Assembly: GCA_041599855.1 (NCBI GenBank)
Contig: JBFILE010000003.1
Coordinates: 1 to 32,298, forward strand
Direction: 5' to 3'
Length of the DNA stretch: 32,298 nt
Source of the DNA: Thermoplasmatota archaeon
GTDB taxonomy: Archaea; Thermoplasmatota; SW-10-69-26; JACQPN01; JAJPHT01
This document shows positions 27,759 to 32,298 of this stretch, in pieces. The notes under the pieces are model-generated. The model saw only the letters and a program-made list of their open reading frames with translations. It ran no database searches and was not told the origin of the DNA. Both the position numbers and the translations under genes were made by a program. Every line of letters starts with the position of its first letter. The stretch's first letter is position 1.

Positions 27759-27759
27759 G

Positions 27760-28218
27760 TCAGGCCACGGTCATCGTCACCGAGCCGGGGTTGAACACCA
27801 CCTGCGTGCCGGCGACCCCCGACACGGGCGAGGCCAGTGGCCCCTTCACCACCATCGTCCCACCCGACACCTGGGTCATGAGCGCGCCGAACGTGAGGCT
27901 GGGACTGATGGGTGACGCTGCTCCGGCCCCGCCCGTCATGTCGATCGTGAGCTGGTTGGTAGCCTGCCCGCTGACCGCGTGATCCCAGCTCGTGCCACCG
28001 TCACGCGCAATCGCCTGCCGCGTGTAGTTGCCGTCACCCCACTCCGACGTGGTGCTGCCCGCCTCCCCCGGGTCCGCAGAGAAGAGCGCCAGGAACAGCG
28101 AGCCCGGCGTCACCGTCGCCAGGATCCCGCTCCCGATCTGCGTCAGGATCGGGTCGGTGATGATGTTCGACAGCCAGAACTTGAGATTGCCGTCTTCAAA
28201 GGCGTCAGTTGCGCTCAC
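27760..28218 (-). CDS. Conserved small phage structural protein (fibre/appendage-associated)
   Basis: LFLALFSADPGEAG...GNYTRQAI...ATN...VFNPGSVT pattern, widespread in phage virion modules. Confidence 0.7.
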   Translation of the reverse strand: MSATDAFEDGNLKFWLSNIITDPILTQIGSGILATVTPGSLFLALFSADPGEAGSTTSEWGDGNYTRQAIARDGGTSWDHAVSGQATNQLTIDMTGGAGAASPISPSLTFGALMTQVSGGTMVVKGPLASPVSGVAGTQVVFNPGSVTMTVA

Positions 28219-28568
28219 TCACTTTCGCTGTCTTCCTCCCCGGGGTCGTCCTTCTTCTCCAGGTCCGCCACGAAGCCGTAGCGCTTGATGTGCGTCGTGG
28301 TCTCGCCCTGCAAGTTGAGCACGCGCTCGGGCAGGCCGTCCACCCTATCGAACATCAGCTTTAGCGCGCTCACCGCGTGGCCCTCTGCACTCAGCGCCAG
28401 CGCGACCATGTTGCGGTACACCTCCCGCCGCGCCTCGAGACCAAGCTCGTCCAGGTACTCGTCCAACTCCGCAGTCAGGTTGACCTTGCGTTTTGGGCGA
28501 CCGGCGGGGTTGCCTGATACGCCGTCTTTCCACGTCCCATCTGGATTGCGAGTTGCAGGGTCAGCCAT
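28215..28568 (-). CDS. Putative terminase small subunit (DUF5681-type)
   Basis: GTWKDGVSGNPAGRPK motif followed by helices ending AVSALKLMFDRVDG. Confidence 0.75.
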   Translation of the reverse strand: MADPATRNPDGTWKDGVSGNPAGRPKRKVNLTAELDEYLDELGLEARREVYRNMVALALSAEGHAVSALKLMFDRVDGLPERVLNLQGETTTHIKRYGFVADLEKKDDPGEEDSESE

Positions 28569-28574
28569 GGCGCG

Positions 28575-28835
28575 TCAGAAGGGCGTGGCGACCGACCCAG
28601 GGCCGGGAGGAGCTGGTCCCGAGCCAGACACCACGCCCGGCGTAGGCTGGCGTTTCGGGACTCGATCTGCAAGGCCCGCGAGACCGGCAGCAGCTGCGGC
28701 GAGGTCCTCGTTCCACACCTCGGTGGTCCAGAAGCGGTGGCCGGAGTCGCACTCGCGGCGCCTGCGTGGCCGACCCTGGCCGGTCCTCAGTGTCTGGACG
28801 ACGTGCGTCCCTGTTCCGCAGCGGGGGCATATCAC
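28575..28835 (-). CDS. NrdR N-terminal-like zinc-ribbon protein
   Basis: Start reassigned to GTG 28835 (GTGA overlap), 86 aa. CPRCG...THVVQT...RRRRECDSGHRFWTTE; no ATP-cone. Confidence 0.7.
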   Translation of the reverse strand: MICPRCGTGTHVVQTLRTGQGRPRRRRECDSGHRFWTTEVWNEDLAAAAAGLAGLADRVPKRQPTPGVVSGSGPAPPGPGSVATPF

Positions 28836-29239
28836 GGCGGATCCACCCCGTCCGTACACAGCACGTCCGTGCTCGTGAAGAACACGTAGCCCTGCTCCCC
28901 TTCGAGCTGCATCCCGGCCACCGACTGGATCCGCACGCGGTCCCCGGGCCGGATGTGCCAGGGCACCTCGACGCCGCTCTCGTAGTTCACGCCGGGCGGC
29001 CCCACCGCGATCACGAGCAGCCAATCCTCCTTGGGTAGGTAGGGCGGGCGCTTGGTCTGGGCTGCGAATTCCTCGTGTGCGCCCTCGGCCTCGCGCCAGG
29101 TGGCTCGTGGGATGTGGATCTTGCCGGGCATCTCCTGGGGTACGTCGGGGATGCCGATGGCGATGCCGGGCTGCGGCTTGAAGGGGCACGGGGGCACGTA
29201 GGTCAGTCGCTCGGGGGCGTCGACGGTGATCTCGGGCAT
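28832..29239 (-). CDS. GroES/Cpn10-like co-chaperonin
   Basis: PFKP...GKIHIP...VIAVGPPG...IRPGDRV...AG...GYVFFTSTDVL maps onto the GroES consensus. Confidence 0.75.
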   Translation of the reverse strand: MPEITVDAPERLTYVPPCPFKPQPGIAIGIPDVPQEMPGKIHIPRATWREAEGAHEEFAAQTKRPPYLPKEDWLLVIAVGPPGVNYESGVEVPWHIRPGDRVRIQSVAGMQLEGEQGYVFFTSTDVLCTDGVDPP

Positions 29240-29895
29240 GGCTCTACCGATATCCCAGGTACGGGGGCGGGGTCAACAGATACGCCGTAGAAGAAGCGGT
29301 CGGCGTCCTGGGTGGCCCACTTGCGGTGGTGTTCCACGCTCCACTCGGTGGTCTGGACCTTGTAGGAGGGTGGCGGGTCGGGGAAGGGCTCTGGGATGGT
29401 TGCGGGGTCGGCCCAGAGGATGCGGTTGTTCGGTTGGAGCGCGTAGCAGCCGTTGTCGAGCTCCAGGAGGTGGGCGCACTTCCAGCCTGAGTCCCCGGCG
29501 TTCTCGGCGTACGGGGAGCCGTGCCAGTCCACGGTGAAGACGCAGCGGCCGGGGTAGCGGATGCCGTCCTTGAGCACGGTCTCGACGCGCCGGCCGGATA
29601 GGTGGGCAAACTCGATGACGGAGGGCTTGTAGCTGAAGCAGTCCCAGAGCTCGAGGTGGTCCAGGGGTAGATCTGGTGCGTCCTGGCTGTGGACGAGGGC
29701 CGAGACGGGGAGGCGGGCGATGACGGCGCCCGAGGACTGCACGAGGACCCAGAAGCCGAGTGCGCGGCCCTGGAGGGAGGTGATGCCGAAGACGGAGACG
29801 CGCTCGAACTGGCCGCGGTGCTCTGGGTCCTGGTCGTACAGGTACTCCGCTCGGAGCCAGCAGTCGAAGCACGGGATGTCCGCATTGAGCGTCAC
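29203..29895 (-). CDS. Conserved phage hypothetical protein
   Basis: RAEYLYD, LPVSAL, LWDCFSY, FTVDW and KCAH...LDNG...QPNNRI motifs recalled from a widespread uncharacterised phage family. Confidence 0.7.
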   Translation of the reverse strand: MTLNADIPCFDCWLRAEYLYDQDPEHRGQFERVSVFGITSLQGRALGFWVLVQSSGAVIARLPVSALVHSQDAPDLPLDHLELWDCFSYKPSVIEFAHLSGRRVETVLKDGIRYPGRCVFTVDWHGSPYAENAGDSGWKCAHLLELDNGCYALQPNNRILWADPATIPEPFPDPPPSYKVQTTEWSVEHHRKWATQDADRFFYGVSVDPAPVPGISVEPCPRSPSTPPSD

Positions 29896-29899
29896 AGGC

Positions 29900-30838
29900 T
29901 CAGGGAACCGGGTCGGGGATCGTGATCGGGGCGGACGCCTGGGCTGCGGGGATCAGAGCGTCGGCGATGGCGTTGCCGAGGTCGAATTGGCCCTGGCCGG
30001 TGAAGTGCTCGTGGTCGATGACACCGCCCTCGGTCACCGCGATCTTGGGGAAGGTCTCCACGTAGTGGCTGAGGCTGTTCGGGATCACGCCGTCCTCGTT
30101 GTAGAGCGGGACGGCGGTGCGAGTGGTGTCGGTGGTGAAGAGGGTGGCGTTGGCGTCAGCGGCGGCCACGGCGGTCTGGGCGTCGCGCACCGTCTTGATG
30201 AAGGGGTGCTGTGTGAGCCGGTAATTCGACTCCCGCATGATGGCGATGTGCTTGGTGCCGATGCCGCCTACGTCCGCGCGGATCTGGGCCAGGAGGGTGG
30301 TTAGGTTCGCCTCGTAGGCGTCGGCGTCCGCTTGGGAGTCGGCGTCGGCTGCACCTTGCACCCAGGCGGCCCCGAAGAACTTGGGCGTGTCCCCGGCGGT
30401 GTAGATCGCGTCGATGGGCACCGTGAAGTAGTCCTGGAGCCACACGTCGTAGAGTTCGGACGTGCTCGGGCTCCAGTCGATCTTGGCGCCTGTGGCAGCG
30501 AGCGGGGCGCCTCCTCGCGCGCACTTCGAGATGTACACGTCCTCGTTCGGGAAGGCTTGGCGGATGCGGTAGGCGAGCTGGAGCTCGCAGCCGATGGCGT
30601 CCGCGTTGGTGCCCGAGGGGGCCGTGCCGCCGGATCCCTGGAAGCCGAAGCCGCGGTCCAGCGCAACCCAGGCCCCGCCGCCGTTGATGGTGTGCGGGGT
30701 GGCCGTGGTGATCTTGTCCCAGATGAAGGCGTTGGGGATGGGCAGCGCGTAGGGGGGCCGGACCACGTGAGTCTGCGTGGAGCCCTGGCCCCAGCAGTTG
30801 GACTGGCCCATCAAGAACACCACGTTTACGTTTGCCAT
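29900..30838 (-). CDS. SGNH hydrolase, sialate O-acetylesterase (SASA)-like
   Basis: Block I LMGQSN, block II ARGG, block III WVQGAAD and catalytic DxxH (DHEH). Confidence 0.85.
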   Translation of the reverse strand: MANVNVVFLMGQSNCWGQGSTQTHVVRPPYALPIPNAFIWDKITTATPHTINGGGAWVALDRGFGFQGSGGTAPSGTNADAIGCELQLAYRIRQAFPNEDVYISKCARGGAPLAATGAKIDWSPSTSELYDVWLQDYFTVPIDAIYTAGDTPKFFGAAWVQGAADADSQADADAYEANLTTLLAQIRADVGGIGTKHIAIMRESNYRLTQHPFIKTVRDAQTAVAAADANATLFTTDTTRTAVPLYNEDGVIPNSLSHYVETFPKIAVTEGGVIDHEHFTGQGQFDLGNAIADALIPAAQASAPITIPDPVP

Positions 30839-31252
30839 CTACTGCACCGTCAGTTGCCAGGCGTTGGTGAACGCCGGAGTCCAGAGGGTCCCCTGGTGGG
30901 ACGCGCCCCGATGGTAGCCCTGGATGTACCACGTGTCACCCGGGGCCATGCCGAAGGCGTAGGGGTCCACGTAGGCGTGGTCCGTGCCGTTCTGGCCGGA
31001 GTGGAAGGCGCCGATGACGGAGCGGGGGCGGCCGACGCAGAGGGAGTGCCAAGCGCCTGGGACGGCCTGGTGGGCTGGGTAGGGCGAGGCGATGTAACAC
31101 CCGGTGCGCCAAGGGTCTGTGACCGAGCAGACTTCGATGACCTGGGATGCGGTCTGGGCCACCCAGAGGTCGGAGACGTGGGTCGGGTCCGAGTAGGGGT
31201 ACTGGTCGCAGTAGGGGCCTTGGAGGAGGCAGAGGAGGGTGGCGAGGATCAC
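30839..31252 (-). CDS. Putative exported protein resembling a Planctomycetota C-terminal domain
   Basis: Start reassigned to GTG 31252 (GTGA overlap), 137 aa. Signal-like MILATLLCLLQ, then YC...LCVG...PGDTWYIQGYHR...FTNAWQLTVQ. Confidence 0.6.
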   Translation of the reverse strand: MILATLLCLLQGPYCDQYPYSDPTHVSDLWVAQTASQVIEVCSVTDPWRTGCYIASPYPAHQAVPGAWHSLCVGRPRSVIGAFHSGQNGTDHAYVDPYAFGMAPGDTWYIQGYHRGASHQGTLWTPAFTNAWQLTVQ

Positions 31253-32298
31253 GGGACCACCATCTCGAAGTCCTCGTTGCTCTTGGTCGCGTGGCGGTGC
31301 CCTTCGATGTTCTGGGCGAAGTACCACGGGGCGCTCGAGCGGTAGATGTTCGCGCGCCAGTTGCCCCCCACGCCCTCGAACCGCACGCGGTCCACGCCAC
31401 GGATGTCGAGATCCACACGCCCGCCCGCCGGGTCGTTGAGCTCGCCGCCGGTCACGGTCAGGGAGTCGCAGTCCCAGACCTGGATCAGGGCTCGGTTGGG
31501 GTTCTTGTAGTGGATCTTGGTCGCGTCCAGCACCACGTGCCTCTGCCCGTGGACCATCAGGGCTCCGTGGGCCTGAGCCTGCTGCGTGGCCTCCATGTGA
31601 CAGCCGACGATGCGGATGTCCTGGAGGGTGCGCCCGGGGAGGCGCGTGCGGTTCCCGTTGATGTCGTCGGTGCTTTCAAAGAACGAGAGGTAGTAGCTCT
31701 TGCGCTCGCCGGGCGCAGAGTTGTCGATGAACACGCACTCCTCAAGGAGCCAATCAGCGGCGACCCCGTTCCCGAGCGGGTCGTAGATCGCCGTGCGGGG
31801 GATCTCGGGCACCACCTCGTGAGGCCAGCGCATCACGACCTGGATGGCCTGGCCCGCCATGTCCTTGACGTAACAGCGGCGCCAGTGGCCGCCCCAGATC
31901 GACTTGTTGTAGAGCGCGTGCTCGTGGTGGTTCCCGAAGAAGTAGCAGCCCTCGAAACGCCCGATGGGTCCGTAGACGTGGGTGAGCCACTTGTTGCCAG
32001 AGCGCCCCTCGACCCAGGAGCCGCGCAGGTACGTGCGGGGCTTGAAGCGCGTCTGGATGCCGCCTCCACCGTGTCCGCCCACGGTCAGCACCGAGGCAGC
32101 GTAGGACGGCACCGTGAACCACGCGGGGGCATCGCCCCAGGAGCCGAGGCTCACCCGCCGTGCGGGCGGGTTGGTCGCCACCTGCTCGCGTAGCCACGTG
32201 GGGTCGATGGTGCCCGTGGGATGCTGGAACCTGCCCAGAAGTCCGAGAAACTGCCGGCGATCTTGGCCTGCTCGAGATCCATCTTGGACGCTTCGTTG
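31249..32298 (-). CDS. Right-handed beta-helix (pectin lyase-like) protein, 5'-truncated
   Basis: Rungs FEGCYF, EHALY, WRRCYV, GQAIQ, LEECVF and IVGCHM. The frame stays open from 32181 to the window edge. Confidence 0.7.
   Translation of the reverse strand, partial: QRSVQDGSRAGQDRRQFLGLLGRFQHPTGTIDPTWLREQVATNPPARRVSLGSWGDAPAWFTVPSYAASVLTVGGHGGGGIQTRFKPRTYLRGSWVEGRSGNKWLTHVYGPIGRFEGCYFFGNHHEHALYNKSIWGGHWRRCYVKDMAGQAIQVVMRWPHEVVPEIPRTAIYDPLGNGVAADWLLEECVFIDNSAPGERKSYYLSFFESTDDINGNRTRLPGRTLQDIRIVGCHMEATQQAQAHGALMVHGQRHVVLDATKIHYKNPNRALIQVWDCDSLTVTGGELNDPAGGRVDLDIRGVDRVRFEGVGGNWRANIYRSSAPWYFAQNIEGHRHATKSNEDFEMVVP

Larger units (their letters stand above)
1..32298 (-). mobile_element. Podovirus-like tailed phage (or prophage) late gene region
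   Basis: Terminase, portal, scaffold, capsid, adaptor, nozzle, three ejection proteins and fibre lie in canonical order on one strand. No host housekeeping genes, integrase or att site are visible, so free phage and prophage cannot be distinguished. Confidence 0.95.

Noticed and set aside
28575-29189. 204-aa ORF as a true nrdR gene
   Set aside because: Its first 118 codons overlap the GroES gene in another frame. Only the C-terminal zinc ribbon is credible, and there is no ATP-cone.
75-32193. Many long + strand ORFs (e.g. 2848-4512, 8420-9673, 15374-16546, 18827-20065)
   Set aside because: They are antisense shadows of GC3-rich minus-strand genes: Arg/Pro/Leu/Val-rich, without recognisable motifs, and fully overlapping better-supported genes.
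1-32298. Alternative genetic code, CRISPR array, tRNA, DGR/retron, integrase or lysis cassette
   Set aside because: TAA, TAG and TGA all end well-coupled genes. By eye I found no spaced repeats, cloverleaf, reverse transcriptase, recombinase, or endolysin/holin motifs.

Overview
The whole 32.3-kb window is a high-GC tailed-phage late (packaging and morphogenesis) region, truncated at both edges. Every supportable gene is on the minus strand, tightly packed, often with ATGA/TGATG/GTGA overlaps. In transcription order (right to left): beta-helix protein, small exported protein, SGNH/sialate O-acetylesterase-like enzyme, conserved phage protein, GroES-like co-chaperonin, NrdR-type zinc ribbon, small terminase, an accessory block including a 961-aa protein, large terminase, a second accessory block, portal, scaffold, major capsid, decoration protein, head-tail adaptor, tail nozzle, three ejection proteins (the last 2422 aa) and a tail fibre. 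There is no tape measure, tail tube or sheath, so the layout is podovirus-like (P22/T7-style tail). Four features stand out. (1) The 2422-aa ejection protein has a HExxH metallopeptidase and cargo cassettes bounded by repeated [R/K]FAA motifs. (2) A ~90-aa domain occurs both alone and fused to a beta-helix protein, suggesting an anchor/display system. (3) A stand-alone exported protein resembles a C-terminal domain I recall from Planctomycetota secreted proteins, a possible host clue. (4) The adaptor and nozzle carry extra inserted domains. All family calls come from motif recognition by eye and synteny; no searches were run.
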